A DNA stretch of 64,000 nucleotides. Source: Escherichia coli. Its GTDB lineage: Bacteria > Pseudomonadota > Gammaproteobacteria > Enterobacterales > Enterobacteriaceae. The translations under genes and the position numbers were made by a program. Positions 31,101 through 46,961 of the stretch are shown here, one piece after another. The number at the start of each line of letters is the position of its first letter. The first letter of the stretch is position 1. The notes under the pieces were generated by a model. It did no database searches. It saw only the letters and a list, made by a program, of their open reading frames with translations, and was not told the origin of the DNA. The DNA is taken from the NCBI RefSeq assembly GCF_016026235.1, contig NZ_CP065613.1; one strand, written 5' to 3'.

Positions 31101-32394
31101 CTGAGGGATCCCCAGAAAATTTAGTAAACCATTATCATATTGGTATACCGTTGCTGTAGAACTTTCAGCCCTGCGTCAAGTGACAGTGTGTTTAGTATGA
31201 GTGGAGAATGTCGAATCACATTCTCCGCCAGTTTTAATAACGAGATGACTCGCCTGTGCTTCACTGTATTTGCCTGATATTTATGATGTATCCCTTTGTT
31301 TTCCAGGCTGAAACCGCTTAACCACATAATGATACTGGCTAATGTTGCGATCAGACTCAATACCGTGACCCGCCCGGATGAATGACTGGCACCAAACCGT
31401 AGTCCAAATCCCCAGCGAGGATTTTTTTCATCCCTGAAATTTTGCTCAATTTGCATTCTACGGCTGTATAATTTCATTACCTGTTTTGGCGAGAACTCAG
31501 TACTGTTTGTGAAAATAAACCATGGTGATTTCCCGGCAGTACGAGCTTTAGCCGTCACCGATGGTCTGGTTGCTCTTTCCTTCGAGCGTTTAAATCTACG
31601 ACCTTTAGGCTTACTTTTATAAAGATAAAAATGCCCTTCATGTTGTGCATTTTTATCTCGACCCAGCAGGCCTTCACCTAAATAAATTGCTGTCGTTGAT
31701 GCTTTTGTGCCTGAGTCCGACACCTTTTCCCAGCCATTACCAACATTGTAATAATGATTGCCCAGTACCCGGCAAATATAGGTCCAGCCACGGGAGCGGA
31801 GCTGTTGGAACCATCGCCCCTGAAAACCGGCATCTGTAATAACAATGACATCAGTCCCGGGGGAAAAGCACTCAGCAAGCGATTCCAGAAAACGCTCATG
31901 TACATCTGCATTCGCTGTCTGTGATGATGGAACGACACAACTCATCAACGGTAAAGAACGCCCGTCACATGCCAGGCTTGCCCGCAAAAGCTGAAAACGA
32001 GAGGCATGATAAGCACTCCAGTCAATGAGTATCACAACACGAGACATTCCCCGCGTAATCTTTTGGGTAATTCGCTGAAAAATGGTGGAAACCTCATTTT
32101 GCAAATGTCGATTCCCCAACAGTCGATCCACCCGCTTTATTTTGTTTTTAACTGATGCCGTACCGGTTAAATGACGCCCGATACTGGTAAGTGTGAGGGA
32201 AGCGCCATTTATTACAGCATTAGTTGCGTCAATCAGTGATTTTTGACGGTAAAGATGCAAAGGGGCCAGTATGTTGTTAAGGAAATTTTGGCATAATGAA
32301 CGTGCAGGCATAGTGGTGATCTCCTTGAAATTGTTAGCACAATCAATTAGATCACATCTCACTATGCCTGTCTTGTTTTCTGGGGATTCCTCAG
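31101..32394 (-). mobile_element. IS10-like insertion sequence (IS4 family) inserted between uidR and uidA
   Basis: Left end CTGAGGGATCCCCAGAAAAT and the reverse complement of the right end CTGAGGAATCCCCAGAAAAC form an 18/20 imperfect inverted repeat resembling IS10 termini (CTGA-N3-ATCCCC); the element is flanked by a direct repeat GGGAATTCTC (31091-31100 and 32395-32404); it carries a single DDE transposase gene; length ~1294 bp. Confidence 0.85.
31121..32311 (-). CDS. IS4-family (IS10-group) DDE transposase
   Basis: ORF 31121..32362; alignment by eye to IS10 transposase shows conserved blocks KIKRVDRLLGNRH, IDWS (D), TDAGF (D) and YSRRMQIEQNFRDEK (Y-2-R-3-E-6-K signature); the likely start is the internal ATG (MPARS...) preceded by GGAG, giving 396 aa, which aligns with the IS10 Tnp start. 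Confidence 0.85.
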   Translation of the reverse strand: MPARSLCQNFLNNILAPLHLYRQKSLIDATNAVINGASLTLTSIGRHLTGTASVKNKIKRVDRLLGNRHLQNEVSTIFQRITQKITRGMSRVVILIDWSAYHASRFQLLRASLACDGRSLPLMSCVVPSSQTANADVHERFLESLAECFSPGTDVIVITDAGFQGRWFQQLRSRGWTYICRVLGNHYYNVGNGWEKVSDSGTKASTTAIYLGEGLLGRDKNAQHEGHFYLYKSKPKGRRFKRSKERATRPSVTAKARTAGKSPWFIFTNSTEFSPKQVMKLYSRRMQIEQNFRDEKNPRWGFGLRFGASHSSGRVTVLSLIATLASIIMWLSGFSLENKGIHHKYQANTVKHRRVISLLKLAENVIRHSPLILNTLSLDAGLKVLQQRYTNMIMVY

Positions 32395-32489
32395 GGGAAT
32401 TCTCCGATCCCGGCTAGATTGTATTTTGTACAGGGAAATTAAAGTATGAAACGCGGGCACAGTTATCACCAGCCCGCGAAATGAGAGGA

Positions 32490-33080
32490 TCAGGATGCGG
32501 TTAAGATACCGCCAATCATCGCGCGTAATCCCTGAGCAAACGACGCTTCACGCGCCAGATCTTCCGCTTCGATATCGGCCAGTACACCGTAGGTCAGATC
32601 CAGCAGTAAACGTGAAGTCATTGACGTGTTGATGTCTGGGCTTATCTCGCCTTTTTGCTGGGCATCACGCATCCGCTCGGCAACAAATTCAGTGATCGTC
32701 ATATGCTTATTTTTAAGCATGGCGGCGACCTGTGGGTTACGCATCCCTTCCGCCATAATTTCGACCACCAGCGCCCGTTGCCCAAAGGCTTCATGGGTGA
32801 GAGAGACAATAGACTCGACCATATAGTCAACAAAATGAATCCCTTCAATCGGTTCCCGGAAACGGGCCAGCGCCCTCTCCTGGTCCTGTAAGATAATCGC
32901 CTGAATCAAGGCTTCTTTGGAGATGAAATGGTGATAGAGCGTCCCGGGACTAATGGCGCAGGATTTACAGATGGCTTTCATCGAGGCACTGTGAAATCCA
33001 TTTTCTGAAAAAATCTCTCTGGCAGCATTGAGGATCCGGGTCCGTGTCGGTTGTGCTTCAGTCTGCATGTTATCCATCAT
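32490..33080 (-). CDS. uidR: TetR-family repressor of the glucuronide operon
   Basis: 196-aa ORF with N-terminal TetR HTH; upstream of and in the same orientation as uidA. Confidence 0.9.
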   Translation of the reverse strand: MMDNMQTEAQPTRTRILNAAREIFSENGFHSASMKAICKSCAISPGTLYHHFISKEALIQAIILQDQERALARFREPIEGIHFVDYMVESIVSLTHEAFGQRALVVEIMAEGMRNPQVAAMLKNKHMTITEFVAERMRDAQQKGEISPDINTSMTSRLLLDLTYGVLADIEAEDLAREASFAQGLRAMIGGILTAS

Positions 33081-33308
33081 TAAACCATTATAGTTAGCGT
33101 GAATAACTAGTTTACCGCGTTGTCAGGTGAGCGCCTATCATTGCTGTTGAATAGTGCGAAGGCACACTCTATCCGTATGCTTTTCATCCAGCTATTGGTT
33201 AACCAATAGCCGTGATTTGGCTGCCAGTTGTTTAGCAGAGACGTTGATGAATTGCACACGCTATCCCGGTAAACAACACATACGGCTGTTTACCGGTTCG
33301 TTAGTGTA

Positions 33309-34076
33309 TTAATTGAGCTCCTGTACCCCACCACCGGAGACGGTGAGAATTTGTCCGCTTACCCAGCTGGCTGCAGGCGAGCAAAGGAACAGCGCCGCGT
33401 TAGCAATATCTTGCGGTTGGCCCAGACGTCTGATCGGCGTGTGCTGTAACATTTTTTGTTCAATTTCTGGTGTAATAACGGATTTCAGGGCATCGGTTAA
33501 TATTGCCCCCGGCGCAATGCCATTCACCCGAATATTTTTTTCACCCAGGTCAAATGCCATATTTCTGACCAGATGACTGGCCGCAGCTTTAGATGATGCA
33601 TAGGAAGTCATGTTTATATTTTTATTTTCTGCCGCCATAGAAGTGATGGTCAGAATAACGCCACCGCCATTTTTTTCCATTTCTGGCGCAACAAGTTGTG
33701 ACAGATGGAAAAAAGAAAACACATTCAGTTCATAAGCACGGCGAAAATCCGCCATTGGCATATCAAACGGTTTAGGTCCACCGCCACCGGCGTTGTTAAC
33801 CAGAATATCAACTTTACCCAGCTTACTGATAGCAAAGTCTGCCAGTGCAGAGAGTTCCTGTTCGGAAGTAATATCACAACGGCAGGCAAATGCCTGACCA
33901 CCCAGTTGTTGAATTTCGTCTACAACATGGTTAGCTGCGTCGGCGTTAATATCACTGACCACCACAGATGCGCCAGCTGTCGCGAATGTAATGGCGATTT
34001 CTTTACCAATACCTGCACCCGCACCTGTGATGATGGCGCATTTTCCGTCGAGTCTCAGGTTGTCAGAATTAAACAC
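33309..34076 (-). CDS. hdhA: 7-alpha-hydroxysteroid dehydrogenase (SDR family)
   Basis: 255-aa SDR with Gly-rich motif ITGAGAGIGKE and catalytic Y-x3-K (YASSKAA). Confidence 0.9.
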   Translation of the reverse strand: MFNSDNLRLDGKCAIITGAGAGIGKEIAITFATAGASVVVSDINADAANHVVDEIQQLGGQAFACRCDITSEQELSALADFAISKLGKVDILVNNAGGGGPKPFDMPMADFRRAYELNVFSFFHLSQLVAPEMEKNGGGVILTITSMAAENKNINMTSYASSKAAASHLVRNMAFDLGEKNIRVNGIAPGAILTDALKSVITPEIEQKMLQHTPIRRLGQPQDIANAALFLCSPAASWVSGQILTVSGGGVQELN

Positions 34077-34187
34077 ATAAACCTCCTGTGAACTTCAGTA
34101 AAAATAAAAGGCACCGCCTGTGTGCCACATTTTTTATCATTAACCTTGAGGAAAGGACACTACCAGGTATAGCAGATAAAGAGAGGA

Positions 34188-36983
<2,796 letters not shown>

Positions 36984-36992
36984 GGATAAGAT

Positions 36993-38165
36993 ATGTTCGA
37001 TTTTTCAAAGGTCGTGGATCGTCATGGCACATGGTGTACGCAGTGGGATTATGTCGCTGACCGTTTCGGCACTGCTGACCTGTTACCGTTCACGATTTCA
37101 GACATGGATTTTGCCACTGCCCCCTGCATTATCGAGGCGCTGAATCAGCGCCTGATGCACGGCGTGTTTGGCTACAGCCGCTGGAAGAACGATGAGTTTC
37201 TCGCGGCTATTGCCCACTGGTTTTCCACCCAGCATTACACCGCCATCGATCCTCAGTCGGTGGTGTATGGTCCTTCTGTTATCTATATGGTCTCAGAACT
37301 GATTCGTCAGTGGTCTGAAACAGGTGAAGGCGTGGTGATCCACACACCCGCCTATGACGCATTTTACAAGGCCATTGAAGGTAATCAGCGCACAGTAATG
37401 CCCGTTGCTTTAGAGAAGCAGGCTGACGGCTGGTTTTGCGATATGGGCAAGCTGGAAGCCGTGTTGGCGAAACCAGAATGTAAAATTATGCTCCTGTGTA
37501 GCCCACAGAATCCTACCGGGAAAGTGTGGACGTGTGATGAGCTGGAGATCATGGCTGACCTATGCGAGCGTCATGGTGTGCGGGTTATTTCCGATGAAAT
37601 CCATATGGATATGGTTTGGGGCGAGCAGCCGCATATTCCCTGGAGTAATGTGGCGCGGGGAGACTGGGCGTTGCTAACGTCGGGATCGAAAAGTTTCAAT
37701 ATTCCCGCCCTGACCGGTGCTTACGGGATTATAGAAAATAGCAGTAGCCGCGATGCCTATTTATCGGCACTGAAAGGCCGTGATGGGCTTTCTTCCCCTT
37801 CGGTACTGGCGTTAACTGCTCATATCGCCGCCTATCAGCAAGGCGCGCCGTGGCTGAATGCCTTACGCGTCTATCTGAAAGATAACCTGACGTATATCGC
37901 AGATAAAATGAACGCCGCGTTTCCTGAACTCAACTGGCAGATCCCGCAATCCACTTATCTGGCCTGGCTTGATCTACGTCCGTTGAATATTGACGACAAC
38001 GCCTTGCAAAAAGCGCTTATTGAGCAAGAGAAGGTCGCGATCATGCCGGGGTATACCTACGGTGAAGAAGGTCGTGGTTTTGTCCGACTCAATGCCGGCT
38101 GCCCACGTTCGAAACTGGAAAAAGGTGTGGCTGGATTAATTAACGCCATCCGCGTTGTTCGTTAA
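36993..38165 (+). CDS. malY: PLP-dependent cystathionine beta-lyase / MalT-antagonist MalY
   Basis: 390-aa aminotransferase class I/II fold protein immediately after malX. Confidence 0.9.
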   Translation: MFDFSKVVDRHGTWCTQWDYVADRFGTADLLPFTISDMDFATAPCIIEALNQRLMHGVFGYSRWKNDEFLAAIAHWFSTQHYTAIDPQSVVYGPSVIYMVSELIRQWSETGEGVVIHTPAYDAFYKAIEGNQRTVMPVALEKQADGWFCDMGKLEAVLAKPECKIMLLCSPQNPTGKVWTCDELEIMADLCERHGVRVISDEIHMDMVWGEQPHIPWSNVARGDWALLTSGSKSFNIPALTGAYGIIENSSSRDAYLSALKGRDGLSSPSVLALTAHIAAYQQGAPWLNALRVYLKDNLTYIADKMNAAFPELNWQIPQSTYLAWLDLRPLNIDDNALQKALIEQEKVAIMPGYTYGEEGRGFVRLNAGCPRSKLEKGVAGLINAIRVVR

Positions 38166-38268
38166 CCCCAATTGCGCAACGTAAAAAATCGTTGCGCAAT
38201 CGTGGATTTTTACCCTGCTTTGTTTTTATAATGGTGCGCACTTTTATATCCAGAAAAAGAGTGCGACC

Positions 38269-39270
38269 ATGATTGATACCACCCTGCCATTAACTGATAT
38301 CCATCGCCACCTTGATGGCAACATTCGTCCCCAGACCATTCTTGAACTTGGCCGCCAGTATAATATCTCGCTTCCTGCACAATCCCTGGAAACACTGATT
38401 CCCCACGTTCAGGTCATTGCCAACGAACCCGATCTGGTGAGCTTTCTGACCAAACTTGACTGGGGCGTTAAAGTTCTCGCCTCTCTTGATGCTTGCCGCC
38501 GCGTGGCATTTGAAAACATTGAAGATGCAGCCCGTAACGGCCTGCACTATGTCGAGCTGCGTTTTTCACCGGGCTACATGGCAATGGCACATCAGCTGCC
38601 TGTAGCGGGTGTTGTCGAAGCGGTGATCGATGGCGTACGTGAAGGTTGCCGCACCTTTGGTGTGCAGGCGAAGCTTATCGGCATTATGAGCCGGACCTTC
38701 GGCGAAGCCGCCTGTCAGCAAGAGCTGGAGGCCTTTTTAGCCCACCGTGACCAGATTACCGCACTTGATTTAGCCGGTGATGAACTTGGTTTCCCGGGAA
38801 GTCTGTTCCTTTCCCACTTCAACCGCGCGCGTGATGCGGGCTGGCATATTACCGTCCATGCAGGCGAAGCTGCCGGGCCGGAAAGCATCTGGCAGGCGAT
38901 TCGTGAACTGGGTGCGGAGCGTATTGGACATGGCGTAAAAGCCGTTGAAGATCGGGCGCTGATGGATTTTCTCGCCGAGCAACAAATTGGTATTGAATCC
39001 TGTCTGACCTCCAATATTCAGACCAGCACCGTGGCTGAGCTGGCTGCACATCCGCTGAAAACGTTCCTTGATCATGGCATTCGTGCCAGCATTAACACTG
39101 ACGATCCCGGCGTACAGGGAGTGGATATCATTCACGAATATAACGTTGCCGCGCCAGCTGCTGGGTTATCCCGCGAGCAAATCCGCCAGGCACAGATTAA
39201 TGGTCTGGAAATGGCTTTCCTCAGCGCTGAGGAAAAACGCGCACTGCGAGAAAAAGTCGCTGCGAAGTAA
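38269..39270 (+). CDS. add: adenosine deaminase
   Basis: 333-aa ORF; metal-binding HxH motif near the N-terminus (DIHRHLDG) and SINTDDP motif near the C-terminus. Confidence 0.92.
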   Translation: MIDTTLPLTDIHRHLDGNIRPQTILELGRQYNISLPAQSLETLIPHVQVIANEPDLVSFLTKLDWGVKVLASLDACRRVAFENIEDAARNGLHYVELRFSPGYMAMAHQLPVAGVVEAVIDGVREGCRTFGVQAKLIGIMSRTFGEAACQQELEAFLAHRDQITALDLAGDELGFPGSLFLSHFNRARDAGWHITVHAGEAAGPESIWQAIRELGAERIGHGVKAVEDRALMDFLAEQQIGIESCLTSNIQTSTVAELAAHPLKTFLDHGIRASINTDDPGVQGVDIIHEYNVAAPAAGLSREQIRQAQINGLEMAFLSAEEKRALREKVAAK

Positions 39271-39305
39271 CAAAACTGGATGGTGCAAATTGCACCATCC
39301 ATTTT

Positions 39306-40346
39306 TCACGCAAGGCACAAAGTCGCGCGATGTTTGGCGGATTCGATGCCCAGCTCAATCAACTCCATTACCTGGATTGCCTGGCTTGCCGGAACTGGAT
39401 TTTCACCATCGCCATTTAACGCATCACGAATCGCCGCATAGTAAGCCGGATAATTCCCAGGCACCGTCAACAGCGTTTCTTCGACACGTTCCTCACCTTC
39501 CACGCGGGTAAGTACGCCATCACGCATATCGTAGCCCCAGTCTTCCTGCGGCAGACGCTCGCCATTTTTCAGACGTTCTTCCTGTGGATCGAGGCCATAT
39601 TTCACATAACTGCCTCGGGATCCATGCACGATATACCGTGCTGACTCAGCGGCTGCCAGCATGGTACCGTGTAAAATGACTCGCCGCTGCGGATAGGACA
39701 AGATGGCGTGGAAATAATCGGTCGACTGCGCTCCGGGCCGTAACTGTGCCAAATCTACCGTCATGCTGACCGGTAAACCAAATAGCGTAATGGCCTGATC
39801 AAGAAGATGTGGTGCTAAATCGTACCAGATACCGCTGCCTGGGCCGCCCTGTTCACGCCAACGATCGCGCACCTGCGGACGGAAACGGTCAAAATGAGAC
39901 TCAAAGTAAGCAACTTCACCCAGCACGCCTTCCGCGAGCAAACCTTTTAGCGTCAAGAAATCGCTATCCCAACGACGGTTATGGAATACAGACAGCACAC
40001 GCCCCAGGCTTTTTGCCAGCGCATCCAGCTCTCGCGCTTGTGACAGTGTCACGGTAAAGGGTTTATCAACGACCACATGTTTACCCGCCTCAAGCGCTGC
40101 TTTGGCTAACGGGAAATGGGTATCGTTGGGTGTAGGAATAACAATCAGGTCTATGTTGGGATCGTTAAACAGATGCTTCGGCTCAGAGACAACCGTAACC
40201 GTTGGCCAGTCGGCTTTTACTTTTGTTTCATCACTGCTGGAGATTACCGCCAGTTCCAGCCCGGGCGTGCCCGCAATCAGGGGCGCATGGAAGGTTTTGC
40301 TCGCATAACCATACCCAATCAACCCAACACGGATGTTGTCGCTCAT
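39306..40346 (-). CDS. ydgJ: Gfo/Idh/MocA-family NAD(P)-dependent oxidoreductase
   Basis: ORF 39306..40385; start set at MSDNIRVGLIGYGYASK (346 aa); Rossmann motif at N-terminus. Confidence 0.85.
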   Translation of the reverse strand: MSDNIRVGLIGYGYASKTFHAPLIAGTPGLELAVISSSDETKVKADWPTVTVVSEPKHLFNDPNIDLIVIPTPNDTHFPLAKAALEAGKHVVVDKPFTVTLSQARELDALAKSLGRVLSVFHNRRWDSDFLTLKGLLAEGVLGEVAYFESHFDRFRPQVRDRWREQGGPGSGIWYDLAPHLLDQAITLFGLPVSMTVDLAQLRPGAQSTDYFHAILSYPQRRVILHGTMLAAAESARYIVHGSRGSYVKYGLDPQEERLKNGERLPQEDWGYDMRDGVLTRVEGEERVEETLLTVPGNYPAYYAAIRDALNGDGENPVPASQAIQVMELIELGIESAKHRATLCLA

Positions 40347-40588
40347 GTCATTGCCTCTCATTGAAGTATGATGGCTATTTGACACTATCCTTTACCCTCG
40401 CTCAACAGTTTAATAACCTGCCAGCAATAAGGTATGTTGTTTAACTTAAGTCAAAAAAATAGCGAATTTTCCAACGACAAAAGCTAAATATCGCAAAAAC
40501 CTCAGTAAAAATCTTGCTGGAGCTATTATTGCTAAGTAACATTTACCCCCTGAAGTTAATGGATCAATCAACAGAGATGTGAGTTGTA

Positions 40589-40714
40589 ATGAATCGTCTT
40601 ATTGAATTAACAGGTTGGATCGTTCTTGTCGTTTCAGTCATTCTTCTTGGCGTGGCGAGTCACATTGACAACTATCAGCCACCTGAACAGAGTACTACGG
40701 TACAACACAAGTAA
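40589..40714 (+). CDS. blr: small membrane protein Blr (41 aa)
   Basis: ATG..TAA read from sequence: MNRLIELTGWIVLVVSVILLGVASHIDNYQPPEQSTTVQHK; below the ORF-track size cutoff; matches K-12 Blr from memory. Confidence 0.7.
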   Translation: MNRLIELTGWIVLVVSVILLGVASHIDNYQPPEQSTTVQHK

Positions 40715-40986
40715 GCTATGCGCTTGTAGAGCGACATGCTGCCCGTCCGGGTGCATGTTTTCACTTGTCGGATATTAAACCAGGAATTTATTATCTTGTT
40801 CGGTGTTGTTGGTGATTGTCAGGGATAGTAAAGCGCGTTACTCTTTTCATAGCAGTTTTTCATCCCTGAATATTTACCATCAGCGCATTCTTATTATTGT
40901 AATAACACAAGCGTTCACTTTTGGTGAAATTTTATCATCACTAATAATACCTACCCCTTTGGTATTAATTATTTTATGGACCTTTT

Positions 40987-41202
40987 ATGACTGTTCAGGA
41001 CTACTTATTAAAATTTCGCAAAATCAGTTCACTCGAAAGTCTGGAAAAACTCTACGACCATCTTAATTACACCCTGACGGACGATCAGGAACTGATCAAT
41101 ATGTATCGTGCTGCCGATCACCGTCGCGCAGAGCTGGTTTCTGGCGGGCGTTTGTTTGACCTCGGCCAGGTACCGAAGTCCGTCTGGCACTATGTCCAAT
41201 AA
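40987..41202 (+). CDS. cnu: Hha-family nucleoid-associated protein Cnu (YdgT)
   Basis: 71-aa [31 protein letters not shown]..., Hha/YmoA family. Confidence 0.9.
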
Positions 41203-41287
41203 AGAAAGTAGCGATCGGTTATAAAAGCCTTATAATAACGCCCCTAAAATTAGATTTGCCTGTTTGCGTCGCTATTCTGGAGAACCT

Positions 41288-41728
41288 ATGACCACCACAA
41301 CGCCACAACGTATTGGAGGCTGGTTGCTTGGCCCGTTGGCCTGGCTTTTAGTCGCTCTGTTAAGTACGACGCTGGCGTTGTTGCTGTATACCGCTGCGTT
41401 ATCTTCTCCGCAAACATTTCAAACGCTCGGCGCACAAGCACTGACGACACAAATCTTATGGGGCGTTTCTTTTATTACCGCTATCGCCATGTGGTATTAC
41501 ACACTGTGGTTGACCATCGCTTTCTTTAAACGTCGGCGTTGTGTTCCTAAACACTATATTATCTGGCTGCTTATTTCCGTATTGCTGGCAGTAAAAGCGT
41601 TCGCTTTTTCACCCGTGGAAGATGGCATAGCCGTTCGCCAGTTGCTGTTTACTTTGTTGGCAACCGCATTGATCGTCCCCTATTTCAAACGCTCGTCGCG
41701 GGTGAAAGCGACGTTTGTGAATCCGTAA
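41288..41728 (+). CDS. ydgK: inner membrane protein YdgK (DUF2569)
   Basis: ORF 41264..41728; start set at MTTTTPQR (146 aa); precedes the rsx operon. Confidence 0.8.
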   Translation: MTTTTPQRIGGWLLGPLAWLLVALLSTTLALLLYTAALSSPQTFQTLGAQALTTQILWGVSFITAIAMWYYTLWLTIAFFKRRRCVPKHYIIWLLISVLLAVKAFAFSPVEDGIAVRQLLFTLLATALIVPYFKRSSRVKATFVNP

Positions 41729-41804
41729 TAACCTTACAGTTAACCTGTTGTCGCCTGCTCTGGATTAACGGATAATAGGCGGCTTTTTTATTTCAGGCCG
41801 AAAA

Positions 41805-42385
41805 ATGACTGACTACCTGTTACTGTTTGTCGGAACTGTACTGGTCAATAACTTTGTACTGGTCAAGTTTCTCGGTCTCTGTCCGTTTATGGGGGTTTCC
41901 AAAAAGCTGGAAACCGCGATGGGCATGGGGCTGGCAACAACGTTTGTGATGACGCTGGCGTCTATTTGCGCCTGGCTTATCGATACGTGGATTTTGATCC
42001 CACTTAATCTGATTTACCTGCGCACCCTGGCATTTATTCTGGTGATTGCTGTGGTCGTGCAGTTCACCGAGATGGTGGTGCGCAAAACCAGCCCGGTGCT
42101 TTACCGTTTGCTGGGGATTTTTTTGCCGCTTATCACCACCAACTGTGCCGTGCTCGGCGTGGCGTTGCTGAATATCAATCTCGGGCACAATTTCTTGCAG
42201 TCGGCGCTGTACGGTTTTTCCGCCGCTGTCGGTTTTTCGCTGGTGATGGTTCTCTTCGCCGCCATCCGCGAACGCCTTGCCGTGGCTGATGTCCCGGCAC
42301 CTTTTCGCGGTAATGCCATTGCGTTAATTACCGCAGGTCTTATGTCTCTGGCCTTTATGGGCTTTAGTGGTTTGGTGAAGTTGTA

Positions 42386-42386
<1 letters not shown>
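41805..42386 (+). CDS. rsxA: Rnf/Rsx electron transport complex subunit A
   Basis: 193-aa polytopic membrane protein; first gene of rsxABCDGE. Confidence 0.92.
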
Positions 42387-45275
<2,889 letters not shown>

Positions 45276-46334
45276 ATGGTATTCAGAATAGCTAGCTCCC
45301 CTTATACCCATAACCAGCGCCAGACATCGCGCATTATGCTGTTGGTGTTGCTCGCAGCCGTGCCAGGAATCGCAGCGCAACTGTGGGTTTTTGGTTGGGG
45401 TACTCTCGTTCAGATCCTGTTGGCATCGGTTAGTGCTCTGTTAGCCGAAGCTCTCGTACTCAAACTACGCAAACAGTCGGTAGCCGCCACGTTGAAAGAT
45501 AACTCAGCATTGCTGACAGGCTTATTGCTGGCGGTAAGTATTCCCCCCCTCGCGCCATGGTGGATGGTCGTGCTGGGTACGGTGTTTGCGGTGATTATCG
45601 CTAAACAGTTGTATGGCGGTCTGGGACAAAACCCGTTTAATCCGGCAATGATTGGTTATGTGGTCTTACTGATCTCCTTCCCGGTGCAGATGACCAGCTG
45701 GTTACCGCCACATGAAATTGCGGTCAACATCCCTGGTTTTATCGACGCCATACAGGTTATTTTCAGCGGGCATACCGCCAGTGGTGGTGATATGAACACA
45801 CTACGCTTAGGTATTGATGGCATTAGTCAGGCGACACCGCTGGATACATTTAAAACCTCTGTCCGTGCCGGTCATTCGGTTGAACAGATTATGCAATATC
45901 CGATCTACAGCGGTATTCTGGCGGGCGCTGGTTGGCAATGGGTAAATCTCGCCTGGCTGGCTGGCGGCGTATGGTTGCTATGGCAGAAAGCGATTCGCTG
46001 GCATATTCCCCTCGGCTTCTTAGTAACGCTGGCGTTATGCGCAACGTTGGGCTGGTTGTTCTCACCAGAAACACTGGCAGCACCGCAAATTCATCTGCTG
46101 TCTGGAGCGACCATGCTCGGCGCATTCTTTATTTTGACTGACCCGGTTACCGCTTCTACGACCAATCGTGGTCGTCTTATTTTCGGCGCGCTGGCGGGCT
46201 TATTGGTCTGGTTGATCCGCAGTTTCGGCGGCTATCCTGACGGCGTGGCTTTTGCCGTCCTGCTGGCGAACATCACGGTTCCTCTGATCGATTACTACAC
46301 GCGTCCGCGCGTCTACGGCCATCGCAAAGGGTAA
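45276..46334 (+). CDS. rsxD: Rnf/Rsx complex subunit D
   Basis: 352-aa membrane protein of the NqrB/RnfD family. Confidence 0.92.
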   Translation: MVFRIASSPYTHNQRQTSRIMLLVLLAAVPGIAAQLWVFGWGTLVQILLASVSALLAEALVLKLRKQSVAATLKDNSALLTGLLLAVSIPPLAPWWMVVLGTVFAVIIAKQLYGGLGQNPFNPAMIGYVVLLISFPVQMTSWLPPHEIAVNIPGFIDAIQVIFSGHTASGGDMNTLRLGIDGISQATPLDTFKTSVRAGHSVEQIMQYPIYSGILAGAGWQWVNLAWLAGGVWLLWQKAIRWHIPLGFLVTLALCATLGWLFSPETLAAPQIHLLSGATMLGAFFILTDPVTASTTNRGRLIFGALAGLLVWLIRSFGGYPDGVAFAVLLANITVPLIDYYTRPRVYGHRKG

Positions 46335-46337
46335 ACC

Positions 46338-46958
46338 ATGCTGAAAACTATCCGAAAACACGGCATTACGTTGGCGCTATTTGCAGCGGGTTCAACAGGG
46401 TTAACTGCGGCCATCAACCAGATGACCAAAACGACGATTGCTGAACAGGCCAGTCTGCAACAAAAGGCGTTATTTGATCAGGTGCTGCCAGCCGAACGCT
46501 ATAACAATGCGCTGGCACAGAGTTGCTATCTGGTAACTGCGCCAGAGTTAGGTAAAGGTGAGCATCGGGTTTACATCGCCAAACAGGATGACAAACCGGT
46601 AGCCGCCGTTCTGGAAGCAACCGCGCCAGATGGCTATTCCGGTGCGATTCAGCTGCTGGTGGGAGCCGATTTTAACGGCACGGTACTTGGCACGCGCGTG
46701 ACAGAGCACCACGAAACGCCAGGGCTTGGCGATAAAATCGAACTGCGCCTTTCTGACTGGATCACCCATTTTGCGGGTAAAAAAATCAGTGGTGCGGATG
46801 ATGCGCACTGGGCGGTGAAGAAAGATGGTGGTGATTTCGACCAGTTCACCGGCGCGACGATTACTCCCCGCGCGGTGGTTAATGCGGTAAAACGCGCCGG
46901 ATTGTACGCTCAGACGTTACCGGCACAACTTTCTCAACTTCCTGCCTGTGGAGAATAA
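46338..46958 (+). CDS. rsxG: Rnf/Rsx complex subunit G (FMN-binding)
   Basis: 206-aa ORF, NqrC/RnfG family. Confidence 0.9.
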   Translation: MLKTIRKHGITLALFAAGSTGLTAAINQMTKTTIAEQASLQQKALFDQVLPAERYNNALAQSCYLVTAPELGKGEHRVYIAKQDDKPVAAVLEATAPDGYSGAIQLLVGADFNGTVLGTRVTEHHETPGLGDKIELRLSDWITHFAGKKISGADDAHWAVKKDGGDFDQFTGATITPRAVVNAVKRAGLYAQTLPAQLSQLPACGE

Positions 46959-46961
46959 AGC

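Noticed and set aside
31091-31111. EcoRI (GAATTC) and BamHI (GGATCC) sites at the element boundary suggesting an engineered cassette or polylinker
   Set aside because: GAATTC is inside the duplicated target on both sides and GGATCC is part of an IS10-type terminal repeat (natural IS10 ends read GATCCCC or GAATCCCC); the perfect target duplication fits natural transposition better than cloning. Engineering cannot be fully excluded from sequence alone.
31645-31938. Small ORFs (64 aa plus strand, 86 aa minus strand, other frame) inside the insertion sequence
   Set aside because: They lie entirely within the transposase coding region in other frames, with no independent support.
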